Shown here piece by piece: positions 25,949-37,929 of a stretch of DNA of 64,000 nt (position 1 is its first letter; the number at the start of each line of letters is the position of its first letter). Location: contig JAQGDQ010000175.1 of NCBI GenBank assembly GCA_030141605.1, positions 381,030 through 445,029 on the forward strand. Direction: 5' to 3'. Origin of the DNA: Tubiluchus corallicola (Eukaryota; Animalia; Priapulida). A model generated the notes under the pieces. The model was not told where the DNA came from, made no database searches, and saw nothing but the letters and a program-made list of their open reading frames with translations. A program made the position numbers and the translations under genes.

Positions 25949-26681
25949 CTGTGATTAAATAAAAATAATGCAATATATGAACAAATTGAGAAATAATGTC
26001 TCTTCCAAGTCTCAGTAAAAGAGAAAAATGATACCTTGCGTAAAGAAATAAATGCTTTTGTTGATCATCGAATTATTTAGTGAGAAATTTCTAACTTTAT
26101 GAAGATATGCTCACCAAGGCTACAATTATGAATGCGGCTGTGATACATCAAATTCGTTTATGGATGTGTGTAAAGGAGGCTGTACTGCTTATGCCTTTAG
26201 ATTACAAAGCAAAAACAAATCGCTCCTGATGCAAAGGCTTTACTTAAACCGACTGTACCATTTTTACAGAAGCAAGTAAAACAGTCCAGTTGTGTTGGCA
26301 CATTCACCAAAGTTTGGATCACAATTATGAATACAATTTGATACCACATTCATTTATATCTGCAAGTAAAAGCTCTGGCATTATGTGCCTTTTGCTTAAA
26401 AAAGTGCCATCTACTTGAAACATGAAAGGTATTTCGCTTACCTAAGCAAATTACTCCTCGAGCAGTGGCTTCACTCAGATCGATTGTCTCGTTTTTACAA
26501 AGGCAAGTCAAGCTACAAACTGTATTCATACATTTGCCAAAGATTTGATCTCAATTATGCATACAATTTGATGCATTAAATTCGTTTATGTCAGTAAGTA
26601 AATGGTCTTTCATTATTCTGCTTATAAATTATAAAATTGCCATCCACATTCCACATGAAACATGACTGAAGGTTCACTTAC

Positions 26682-26831
26682 CTGAACAAATAGTTCCTGG
26701 AGAAACGGCTTTACTAAAATCAATTGTTCCACTTTTGCAAAAGCAGGTAAAACTACCAGCTGTGTTGACACATTCACCAAAGATGGGATCACAATTATGC
26801 ATAGGATTCGATACATTACATTCATTTATGT
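26682..26831 (-). CDS. cbEGF exon D' (left copy; nothing homologous upstream of ~26933)
   Basis: 150 bp, TTGCAG|AC ... CAG|GTAAGT; DINECNVSNPMHNCDPIFGECVNTAGSFTCFCKSGTIDFSKAVSPGTICS. Confidence 0.7.
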
Positions 26832-27344
26832 CTGCAACTATATAGCTCTCTACTATTTATGCCATTTGTTTATAAAACTGCCAGCTATTTTTAATATGCA
26901 CAAAAGTTCGTGTATCTAAACACTTGAATTCTGAAATCTAGTCCACAGGAACCAAATTTTGGAAAATACATTTCTGGAGTTACTTGGATTTCCCGAGAAA
27001 AACAAAGAATAGAGAAATGAAAGATTAAAACGAGCAGCACGTTGAACAAACTGGGACAGCAAAATTGAATAGTTTGGCATTGAAAAATATCGCCGTTTTC
27101 CACTAAGAAATTATATAAAAATTGTAAGACATTGTCATCGTTGTTGCGACACCCACTTGTTTTGCACAAACAAGTCTCAGTGTAGGGTACTTACTCGTTA
27201 TTGACCAATGTAGAATAATCATAATCATGATCTTTTCTTATTTTTTTGCACAACACAATAAACAATACAGTTATAATACAATTAATTTGAAAAAAAATTG
27301 TGAAGAAAGGGCAGCGAAAGACCAGTTGGTCATTTAGTCGGCTG

Positions 27345-27857
27345 CAATACTTGCACACTATTGATTAATGTAGAATACTTGCACATTATTTACCAATGTA
27401 GGGTGCTTGCATATTCTTGACCAGTGTAGGATACTTGTACTTTATTGATCAATGTAGGATACTTGTACATTATTGACCAATTTTGGGTGCTGGCACATTA
27501 TTGATTAATGTAGGATACTTGTACATTATTGGCTAATGTAGACTAACGTAGGATACTGGTACATTATTGATTAATGTAGGATAGTTGTACATTATTGTGT
27601 GACTAACGTAGGATACTGGTACATTATTGATTAATGTAGGATAGTTGTACATTATTGGCTAATGTAGGGTGGTTGTACATTATTGACTAACGTAGGATAC
27701 TGGTACATTATTGACTAACGTAGGATACTGGTACATTATTGACTAACGTAGGACAGTGATACATTATTGACTAACGTAGGATACTGGTACATTATTGACT
27801 AACGTAGGATAGTGGTACATTATTGACTAACGTAGGATACTGGTACATTATTGACCA
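27345..27857. repeat. 28-bp minisatellite (~18 copies) in the palindrome spacer
   Basis: Unit TATTGACTAACGTAGGATACTGGTACAT. Confidence 0.95.
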
Positions 27858-28842
27858 TTAGCAAGTTAGTTTCACGCCATTACTCTTGATATCAGAACAG
27901 ATTTACATATATACAAACATTTTTTGTTAACTTCCCTAGCAGCGTATTATTGTTCAATATTAGAAAAAATTAACTATCGTGGCAATATTGTATAAAATGT
28001 AACACGCTATTTTGCAGTATAACACTAACCGGGTACACTTTTACTGCACAGCCCTTATGTAAGCAGCGGTATAACAGATTTGAAAGGCTCTCTTTATAAC
28101 ACTGTAAAAACTGTTCATTTTCTCTTTGCTTCTGCGACATTGCAGTGTAATATGGAAGTTTTGGTACAATGTTTGCAGCGAATTCCTGTTTTTGAAATAT
28201 CCTGGTGACATGTAACAATAATACAGATGAGCTATTTGGTAAAAAAAGTTGTCTAGAGAAAGCAGCTTAGCATCTGTACAAAAGTTGCAGTAATTGAAAC
28301 ATATTTACTTTGATCTGTATTTAGACAGCAGTGTTCAGTTTAGCATGAATCTACTATCAGAAACTTCATAGGCAGCCTTTACGTGGCATGTACGTTTTAC
28401 GTAATAATATGCTAGGATATAACTGTTTATTATATCTGTGTGCATGGGACTGCGTAAACGGACCTGGACGACACCCAGAAGTACAAAAGAAATATTATCA
28501 TATCGTAAAGCAACTTCACTGAATAATTAGTGTACCATCTAACAGCACACCGTCATTGTGTGAGCTCTCCCTCCTTTCCTTGCGTTCTGCATATTTCAAG
28601 ACCTTAATGATTTTTTTTGGCAGACTTTATGTAAAGTGGTGTTGATATTCAATCCACAGCTGTGATCCGAATTTTGGAATACGTTAATACAGCCGTTAGT
28701 TTTACATGCTTCTCTATCAATAAAAAGAACAATATTGATGTAGTTGGATCCACTGGTCTAGGAATTAGTTGTTTATAGATGATTTTTTACACATTAAAAT
28801 AGATTGTGTTTTGTAGTATAAAGACAGAGTATTTATTTGCAG

Positions 28843-28992
28843 ACATAAACGAATGCCATGCATCCAACCCTATGCATACTTGTGATCCCATCTTGGGTGA
28901 ATGTATCAACACAGCTGGTAGCTTTACCTGCAGTTGTAAAAGTGGAACAATTGATTTAAGTGAAGCCGTTGCTCCAGGAACTATTTGTTCAG
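28843..28992 (+). CDS. cbEGF cassette exon A of EGF-repeat/PAN gene
   Basis: TTTGCAG|AC ... CAG|GTAAGT, 150 bp, phase 1-1. DINECHASNPMHTCDPILGECINTAGSFTCSCKSGTIDLSEAVAPGTICS has the D-I-N-E-C and C-x-N-x4-F-x-C-x-C calcium-binding EGF consensus. Confidence 0.88.
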
Positions 28993-29764
28993 GTAAGTGA
29001 ACCTTCAGTCATGTTTCATGTGGAATGTGGATGGCAATTTTATAATTTATAAGCAGAATAATGAAAGACCATTTACTTACTGACATAAACGAATGTAATG
29101 AATCAAATTGTATGCATAATTGAGATTAAATCTCTGGTAAATGCATCAATACAGCTGGTAGCTTCACCTGCTTCTGCAAAAATGGAACAACTGATCTTTG
29201 TGACGTCACTGCTCCAAGAACTCGTTGTTCATGTAGTTTAAATGTTGCTCACCTTAATATGGATGAAAGTTTTGTAATCTAACGTATTAATAATAATGAT
29301 AATGATAACGATAAAGGTAAGGATAATAATAACATAATAAGATATAAGCATTTCATTAAGTACATAAATTACATTGCTAGAAAAGTGAAATTGAAGTTAC
29401 ATGATTATAATGAGCTCCCCCTAATTATTACATAATTTTAAATAAGTCTGTGCGATGCTATATCAAATGTAGGAAGGATAATGTATAACACTAATAAAGA
29501 AGTTCTTCCCTTATCACACTTGTTGAACGGGCAAAGCTCTAAAACAAAACAGAACCATTTACTTTCAGACATAAGTGATTGTAATGTATCTATTCTGATG
29601 CATAATTGTCATTCCAAGTTTGGTAAAATAATGCATCAGTGCAGTTGGTACATTTCTCGTACTTTTACTTGCCTGTTAGCAATGTTTAAAAACAGACCAA
29701 TTCGTTTAAGTGGATCTGCTGTTTTAAATCTAAGTGAATAAATAGGTGAAATGTTTACTTGCAG

Positions 29765-29914
29765 ATGTGAACGAATGCAATGCATCCAACCCTATGCATA
29801 ATTGTGATCCCATCTTGGGTGAATGTGTCAACACAGCTGGTAGCTTTACCTGCCTTTGCAAAAATGGAACAATTGATTTAAGTGAAGCCAGAACTCCAGG
29901 AACTATTTGTTCAG
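29765..29914 (+). CDS. cbEGF cassette exon B
   Basis: TTGCAG|AT ... CAG|GTAAGT, 150 bp; DVNECNASNPMHNCDPILGECVNTAGSFTCLCKNGTIDLSEARTPGTICS. Confidence 0.88.
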
Positions 29915-30181
29915 GTAAGTGAACCTTCAGTGATGTTTCATGTGGAATGTGGATGGCAATTTTATAATTTATAAGCAGAATAATGAAAGACCATTTACTT
30001 ACTGACATAAATTAATGTAATGCATCAAATTGAATGCATAATTGCAATCCGAACTTTGATCAACGTATAAATACAGTAGTAGCTTGACGTGCCTTTGTAA
30101 TGTGAACCTTCACTCAATTTTCAAGTAGGTGGCAGTTTTATAATCTGTAAAAGGAGATATTGCCAGACCTTTTACTTTCAG

Positions 30182-30331
30182 ATATAAATGAATGTGATGT
30201 ATCCAATCTTATGCATAATTGTGATCCAAACTTTGGCGAATGTACCAATACAGCTGGTAGCTTTACCTGCTTGTGCAAAAATGGAACAATTGATTTAAGT
30301 GAAGCCAGAACTCCAGGAACTATTTGTTCAG
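30182..30331 (+). CDS. cbEGF cassette exon C
   Basis: TTTCAG|AT ... CAG|GTAAAT, 150 bp; DINECDVSNLMHNCDPNFGECTNTAGSFTCLCKNGTIDLSEARTPGTICS. Confidence 0.88.
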
Positions 30332-30657
30332 GTAAATAATTTTTCCTGCATTTCAATTAGACGTTAGTTTTACAATCTAAAGCAAAAAATAACACAGAGC
30401 AGTTTGCTTGAATGAATGATTGAATGTGACATATCAAATTCTATGAGCAATTGTAATCCCAAGCTTTGTGAATGTTTGAACATGGTTGGTAGATTTTTCT
30501 GCCTATACAAAACTTTTTAACAGTGGAAATGTTCATCTAATTGGGTCCACTGTTCCAGAATTCAGTGGTTTAGATACACGAACTTTTGTGCATATTAAAA
30601 ATAGCTGGCAGTTTTATAAACAAATGGCATAAATAGTAGAGAGCTATATAGTTGCAG

Positions 30658-30807
30658 ACATAAATGAATGTAATGTATCGAATCCTATGCATAATTGTGA
30701 TCCCATCTTTGGTGAATGTGTCAACACAGCTGGTAGTTTTACCTGCTTTTGCAAAAGTGGAACAATTGATTTTAGTAAAGCCGTTGCTCCAGGAACTATT
30801 TGTTCAG
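30658..30807 (+). CDS. cbEGF cassette exon D
   Basis: TTGCAG|AC ... CAG|GTAAGT, 150 bp; DINECNVSNPMHNCDPIFGECVNTAGSFTCFCKSGTIDFSKAVAPGTICS. Confidence 0.88.
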
Positions 30808-31540
30808 GTAAGTGAACCTTCAGTCATGTTTCATGTGGAATGTGGATGGCAATTTTATAATTTATAAGCAGAATAATGAAAGACCATTTACTTACTGACA
30901 TAAACGAATTTAATGCATCAAATTGTATGCATAATTGAGATCAAATCTTTGGCAAATGTATGAATACAGTTTGTAGCTTGACTTGCCTTTGTAAAAACGA
31001 GACAATCGATCTGAGCGAAGCCACTGCTCGAGGAGTAATTTGCTTAGGTAAGCGAAATACCTTTCATGTTTCAAGTAGATGGCACTTTTTTAATCAAAAG
31101 GCACATAATGCCAGAGCTTTTACTTGCAGATATAAATGAATGTGGTATCAAATTGTATTCATAATTGTGATCCAAGCTTTGGTGAATGTGCCAACACAAC
31201 TGGACTGTTTTACTTGCTTCTGTAAAAATGGTACAGTCGGTTTAAGTAAAGCCTTTGCATCAGGAGCGATTTGTTTTTGCTTTGTAATCTAAAGGCATAA
31301 GCAGTACAGCCTCCTTTACACACATCCATAAACGAATTTGATGTATCACAGCCGCATGCATAATTGTAGCCTTGGTGAGCATATCTTCATAAAGTTAGAA
31401 ATTTCTCACTAAATAATTTGATGATCAACAAAAGCATTTATTTCTTTACGCAAGGTATAATTTTTCTCTTTTACTGAGAGTTGGAAAAGACATTATTTCT
31501 CAATTTGTTCATATATTGCATTATTTTTATTTAATCACAG

Positions 31541-31666
31541 ATCAAAACGAGTGCACCGATAACAGACATAATTGTGCATCAGTCGTTGGCCTTTGTCATA
31601 ACACACCTGGCAGTTTTACTTGTGAATGTGATGAGCACTATTTTGGAGATGGCATTACATGCGAAC
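31541..31666 (+). CDS. cbEGF exon E (different, shorter EGF type)
   Basis: TCACAG|AT ... GAAC|GTGAGT, 126 bp, phase 1-1, six Cys. Confidence 0.88.
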
Positions 31667-32098
31667 GTGAGTACAAGAAAATTTGAATTGATAAGTAGTA
31701 TAAATGGGGAAGATTTCCTAGCTCAGCGATTTTTGACTTTTAAGGAAATGAAAGCACTTTGTAAAGAAAGTCTCTATGGTAATTAAGTTAATTTCGGTAA
31801 CTTATAACCATACAAGAGTATAATACAGTACATGTTGAAATTAACAATAATAAAATAATTACAAAACCTAATTTAGAAAAGGAAGTTATTTTAGTGGGAA
31901 AAAATAACTGACGTTACAGAACACATCCCTGTAAAGTTAAGAAACTGCAGCTCTCTGATTATGGAACTGAAGACAGTAAATGAGAGGTCAACATGTCAGT
32001 CTAGTATTAATCTCTGCAACTGGCAAGGCTTATCTATGACATTTGAGTCCATTTTGCGAATCTATAACGAATTATGTTAATCATATTTTATCTTTCAG

Positions 32099-32361
32099 GC
32101 GTTTTACAAGGTGAATTTAAACTCACCCGGGTGATTTCACAGACTGCTGGAGTAATATCAAGTACACACTCTCCTGCAGTAGGCAAACGCACAGCAGGAC
32201 GGCATTCAAAATTAAGTTGTCAAGTTAAATGTATGGAACAACGTTTATGTCAAGGGTTTAGTTATAACACTGAAACCAATGAGTGTGAAACCAACGCATT
32301 TGACAGTGAAGATGCGTCTTTGCTGCGTGATAATTGGGTGTATTACAAGATAAATGACTAA
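32099..32361 (+). CDS. Terminal PAN/apple-domain exon of EGF-repeat/PAN gene
   Basis: TTTCAG|GC, phase 1; C-x3-C-x5-C-x-G-F-S-Y-N...C...W-x-Y-Y PAN pattern, then TAA. AATAAA at ~32455. Confidence 0.88.
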
Positions 32362-35300
32362 GTAATGCTTAAGATTATTAATGAAGATGTTAGTCAATAG
32401 AGGAAAAAACAACCTAAATTGAATTGAGAAGTGGCCAATATATAAGAGAAAGCGAATAAATGCATCTATAGGTTTAGTGGTTTAGTTTATTGCAAGTTTT
32501 TGCTTGCGATATAATATATATATAGTGCTTGATATAGGTATAGAAATGAATAAAGAATTAAAGAGACCTTGAAAGGTAGGCTCACAATGTGTGAAATCTC
32601 AGAATCTGTTTCAAACGTAAGCAACATCAAACTCATTTAAACTAGTTAATTGAACAGGCGAACTTAAGGATTTTACATGCCGTTTAAAATATGCAGACAA
32701 GCGACTCAAAGGGAGTGGGCTATTCCCTGAAATTTAACAGAAACTAATTTAAAAAAATCGTGAGAGTTTTTCAAGAAACTGAAATTTACTGCAATTTAAA
32801 CAGTCTGCAGTTTGAGTAACAACTGATAGGTAAAAGTAATCAATTAACGCCTTTATGAAAGAAATTTGACAAAACTTGCAGTTTGACTGATTGCTATATA
32901 TATATATATATATATGACAATATACTTATATACTAATTATAGTGCAACATTTTTATAGTGTTTTTGTGCTTGGATTGTGTAAGCAGAACAGCTATACTAG
33001 TGCATGTCTACCTGAAAACACTTGTAGTTTAAAATTGCGTAACAATAAAAGTAATTTAGTTTCATACGACTGCAAGTACTGCAATTACACACTTGCTTTG
33101 TTTATTTACTCGTCCCTAGATGGCAGACAAAAATTGCTGTCACCATAGCAACGCCAACTTTAGCGATTCCCATTCTGGCAGTGTGATGTTAGAAGCTACA
33201 GTAAGACAATGAATATAGCAGCTTCGTGTCACAAACACCATGGCAACTTATTGTTCCAGCTAAGCTGTGGATTGCTGCTACGTGGAATTTTATACAGTTT
33301 TTTTTTACAAATTTTAATATCTTTAATGCACAAGAAGTTTATGTCCTGTATTTGCATAAATAACATATTCTGGTTGTATATTTCATTACTATTTGAAGAT
33401 GTTGGCTATTTTTGTTCAAGCAGCAGATAATTTAACTGCTTGAAAAAAATTTGCCGGCACGCCTGCCTCATGAAAAACGCTTCATTGATTTTACTGAACA
33501 TAACAGCATAAAGCACTCAATAAATTTACTGAAAACGCACAAAACCTAAAAATGATCTTGACACAAAAACGTGATCATTACAAAGCTTAAGCACCACTCT
33601 TAACAGACCCATTGGCTGCTTTTACCTGCAAAGACGAATATTGTGTAACAAGTGAATCAGGCACAACAGTGAAACTTCTAATTGCACTATTTACAGTCGC
33701 ATGTACAGCAAAAACGTTAGATTGTCGGATTACACAATGTTTGCAAAGTATTTCACTTAAAGGTATATGTTTATGTTTTTCAAAGTGTAATGGAGCAATC
33801 ACCTGACAGAGCCCGTAAAGAGAGAATGTTAGTAGAATGTGTACATGCGTATGGTAAAATACCTTAATTTACCTATTATAACTGGATAAGAACATTGGCT
33901 AATAAATAATGAGTATGTAGATGTGAAATAGAGGATGTTGATGAAGGCCAACTGAAAAAATTAGCTTGTCAAAGTTGCAGTGTTTATATGTATTTGTGGA
34001 ATAATTTAGTCATATTCAATTTTTATTCGTCAGTGCAAAACAAATTCATTCTTTGCAAATATACTTATTTAATAAAGTACTTTAGTTCTTAAGACCTATA
34101 TTTATAACTGCATCACATGACGTAATTAGCTGGTCTGTTCAGAATATTGACTTTCAGTGCAAAAATACGGGATAAGTCTATCTTCCCGAAGCGAAGTAAA
34201 ACTATATATGTTGAACTTGAAATGTAATTAATGTATAATAAACAAAGTATGTCTGACATCATCGTAATATTTTAGCTGTATTATGTAATTTGTTTATTTG
34301 CACTTTGTGAAACTCATTTATTTCACGTATACCTGACGAAGGAACAGTAGAGTATGTTAATAAGCTAGGGGAAGTAAACTACCTTACAGAATTCACTAAT
34401 TTATTTAAGCAATAAATGAGTCAATAAACCGAAAAAAATGTTATTAGTTATATATTAAACTTGGATATGAAAAGCAACAGCGTGGTGGCAAAGGTAACCT
34501 GGTTTTCTGACAACTTGAGACTTGGGTATGTGGATGCTGAGTGAGATACATGACAGAAGATTATGCACATAACAAGTAAAAAAAACTCAAGAGTACAGCC
34601 GTAGATTGCGTTTGGAAATGCCGATTCCAAATTACAGGAATTAGAGAGAGATCAACGTCGATTGCAAAAAATATGAAATCGGAGGAAACTGAAAAAACAT
34701 AAACTTCACTGAGTTACATTTTATATACTAAATTTCATTATAATTTTATGTGCTATAATAAAATGACAATAAATTGCTTACTCACTTACTTTGCAACTGA
34801 TTAGGGGTGAAAACTGAAAAACAATGAAAGTATAATAAGGGAACTGAAATCAATTGTTCTGAGAAGCTCCCCACATTTGCACTAAAATGTTGCAGTTTTG
34901 TGTAAAAATATCAGCTTATTAGATTTCCATATGATATTGCCTAGGAGAAAGTGGGTAAAATTTGAATCATGGTGGTAAACAAATTTTAAAAAGAGTCTTC
35001 GAGATCCCAAAATTGTCATAGAATAAATTAAGGAACATTGAAGTTGGTATGCAGCAAGACAAGAGAATTTCCTGGCGAACAGCACTTAAAAATTCATTAA
35101 ACTTATTCTTTACCAGTATATTACCGCTGCGCCCGCGCAGACATGCACAGACACAGACTTTTCTGTCTGCACGCTGTACGTCCGCAAAAGTTGTTTCCAC
35201 TGGGTCCGAATTCATTCCGTACAACGCCTCTTAAATGCACAAAGTTTTAGCAAGAAATCCTGAACATGAAACTTTCTAGAAGAAAGAATAATTTATTTTG

Positions 35301-35907
35301 CTGTGGGTCTGTGGTAGTTAAATGAACACCAAGGCGAATCAACAAGTTGTAATGGATGAAGAAAAATGCATAAGCTATTTGAAAATGCAACCTGCAACCT
35401 TACGTATCTTATTTGATTAAATGTTCGGGATTATATTTCACCTGAACAGCACCTTGTTGTTACGTTAAGGTAAGCAAAGCCTACAACTAATTAACTGTAC
35501 CTTGAAATTAATTACAGTATTTAAAATTTTTATAATTATTATTATTATACGCAATTGTATATTATTTTAGTATTAAATAATAGTACTATACTATATGTAA
35601 TTGTAATTATGAATAAGACTTGCAATAAAAATTTGGATAGCGTACAGTGGAATTACTTTAAATCTTCTGTTGGTTCAGTCCCTGGCAGCAGCAAAGTATA
35701 TTGCAAAATTGCATATATGTATATATTCAATATCCAACGGAAAGAAGCGAAAATTCGATTTGGTCTCGGACCATATGGGTGTGGCTTCGTTGTTTCAATG
35801 CAGCTAAAAATTGTAGTATACGATAGTAACAAATTTACTATGAACAATTACCAGAAAATGTGAACAGCAGCAGTAACAGCAACGGCAATGCCAACAACAA
35901 CGACAAG

Positions 35908-35940
<33 letters not shown>

Positions 35941-36339
35941 AACAACAACAAATTGCAATAGAAATAATAGAAATAGGTCGATTACTGTTTATGCGTCACT
36001 ATCAGTAGTAAAAATTTCACAAAACACTTTGGGTCTGTTTTAAACAGAAAGTGCATTTAGAAATATAACTTAACATTTATGTACCAACATAATATATTAT
36101 CTTATGGATAGCGTGGGAAGCGTTTTCACGTGAGAAAGTATCGCTCTTAGATTTTGGAACATTTTAGTGGTTTATTCGCACACTACAACACCGCTTTTCA
36201 ATTCAACCTAAAGACATTATTTCCTGGAGGACGTACAATGTCTATAATTTTGATGGAGACTACGTGATATAATCTAAACTTCTTTTCTTTTTTGCCTATT
36301 GATATGAGGATGACTTTATGTCATTAAAAAACATGAAAT

Positions 36340-36930
36340 TTAGAGAACAATAATTAGTATCTGAACTTTAACATTTACAAGATTAATATTAAAATCACAA
36401 GCTAACAAAAAATGTTTTGCTTAAAGTTTAGCATGATTAATAGAATGAGACAGTTTGTCAATAAAAACAGGCACCGAATTACCTGGAGGCCGATAGGCCG
36501 TTCTGATACAATAAAAGTGATACAAATAACTTTTTTCCAAAGTGTTATGAATCTCTACAAATGAGGTTTCAATGTCATCATCACAGATTTGTAAATCACT
36601 ACGTAGAAAAAAAGTTATATCATTACCAATGAGCATGGCAGCTCCCCCTCTACGATTATCTCTCTTAGCAAATACAAAAGTATTTCCAGGCTGAGAAAAT
36701 GCAAAAGAAAATTTATCATAAAACCAGGTTTCAGTTAGAGCAACTACAAAGAAATTTGCTTGCAGTAAATCTCTGTAGGCATGTAAGGAATCAAATTTGG
36801 AAAGAAGACTTTGCATATTTAAGTGCATTAGAGAAAAGGAATTGTCGAATTTTAAATTTAATAAAAAGGAGTTAAACTGTTTATCATTATAGTACTTACT
36901 GCCACACGACAAATTCACGTGATTAAAAAA
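36340..36930 (-). mobile_element. Decayed CR1/L2-type LINE ORF2 fragment, APE endonuclease domain
   Basis: Motifs LMHLNMQSL, ALTETW, RRGG(A)AM and YRPPG, then past a stop ACDFNINL (=GDFN). Confidence 0.88.
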
Positions 36931-37929
36931 AATCACTATCAGGATCACTTCGGTTATTCTCATCAAAATAATTATCAAGGTAATAATTGTCAAACAGTTG
37001 CAGTACAAAATTATTGTTATTGATGATAGAGCCTACAGAAAACCGTGTTAGAATGCTGATTATTACGTAAGGATTTGGTAAATGCTCTGCATGGGAATCT
37101 GATCATGGTATGTGCAAGGAATGAAATGAAACAAGTAAAAAAATAAATAAGACTGGGAAGAGTGAAAGTAAATAAATCAAAATATTAGTAAATAGATGTG
37201 TATATAACATAAAAGGTTTAAAATAGATTGATAATTACCAGGTTTAGAGAATGTTTTTAAAATGTGCACAAGTGATAAGCTAGAAACAACCATATTGTCA
37301 GCCATCTTGAAAGTTTCGGCCATATTGGACGAATATCGATTGCCTCCATATAATTACCTTTATGAGCTCTAGTACTGTGTAAAGATTCATATTTTTGAAT
37401 CAAAATGAGTGTTTTTTTCACCATCTTGATATACCTAATGTCCATTCATTGTGGTTAAAAAGCTGCCATCTTTTTTGATGTCGATAGGCCGTGCTCAAAT
37501 TTTGGCCTAATTTTGATACGTTATTCTCTGGGTGAAAGAGTGAAAGTAAATAAATTAGCAGATTAGCAAAAAATGAGCATATAACATAAAAGTTTGTTAT
37601 TTGAATGCAAATCTTGAGCAATAATTACCAGGTTAAGGGAATGTTTCCAGAAAGGTGCATAAAAATAGATCATCTAGCACCCTTTGATGCATGGCGGTAA
37701 AAATAATAAATAATCAGAAAGCTGAGAATTTTTTTAGCTTTTTGAAAGTCCTTTAGTTCAATAACTGCATCTGTTATTCAGCACATGGCATTTTAAGATT
37801 TAGATTATGGTATTCATAATGTCAGCCCTTGGGGTAGAAAATCCAAAGCAAGCTTTTTCAAATATTGTCACATAATGAGTAAGAAACAAGGAATTTACAT
37901 AGGTAGAGAATGTACTGCGGTGATTGCAT

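Larger units (their letters stand above)
21980..26933 (-). repeat. Left arm of ~5-kb inverted duplication (partner 30556-35436)
   Basis: Reverse complement aligns continuously with 30556-35436. Mirrored ORF pairs include 25128-25415/32074-32361, 26622-26825/30664-30867 and 24215-24487/32942-33148. Confidence 0.97.
28624..31385 (+). pseudogene. Eight dead cbEGF pseudo-exons interleaved with the intact ones (starting ~28624, 29083, 29569, 30006, 30414, 30898, 31130, 31328); the last three are mirrored in the left arm
   Basis: Each retains parts of ATAAAYGAATG / CATAATTGTGATCC / ACAGCTGGTAG-TTTACCTGC / ATTGATTTAAGTG. Each also has an AG->TG acceptor, in-frame stops, frameshifts or a lost donor. 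Confidence 0.8.
30556..35436 (+). repeat. Right arm of ~5-kb inverted duplication (partner 21980-26933)
   Basis: Ends with ...ATGTTCGGGATTATAT, the reverse complement of 21980 onward. Confidence 0.97.

Noticed and set aside
25703-31786. ORF-track peptides MNVMYRILC..., MHQSLAFV..., MKCRKNYLPEQ..., MSVSKWSF...
   Set aside because: Wrong-frame or antisense readings of the cbEGF exons.
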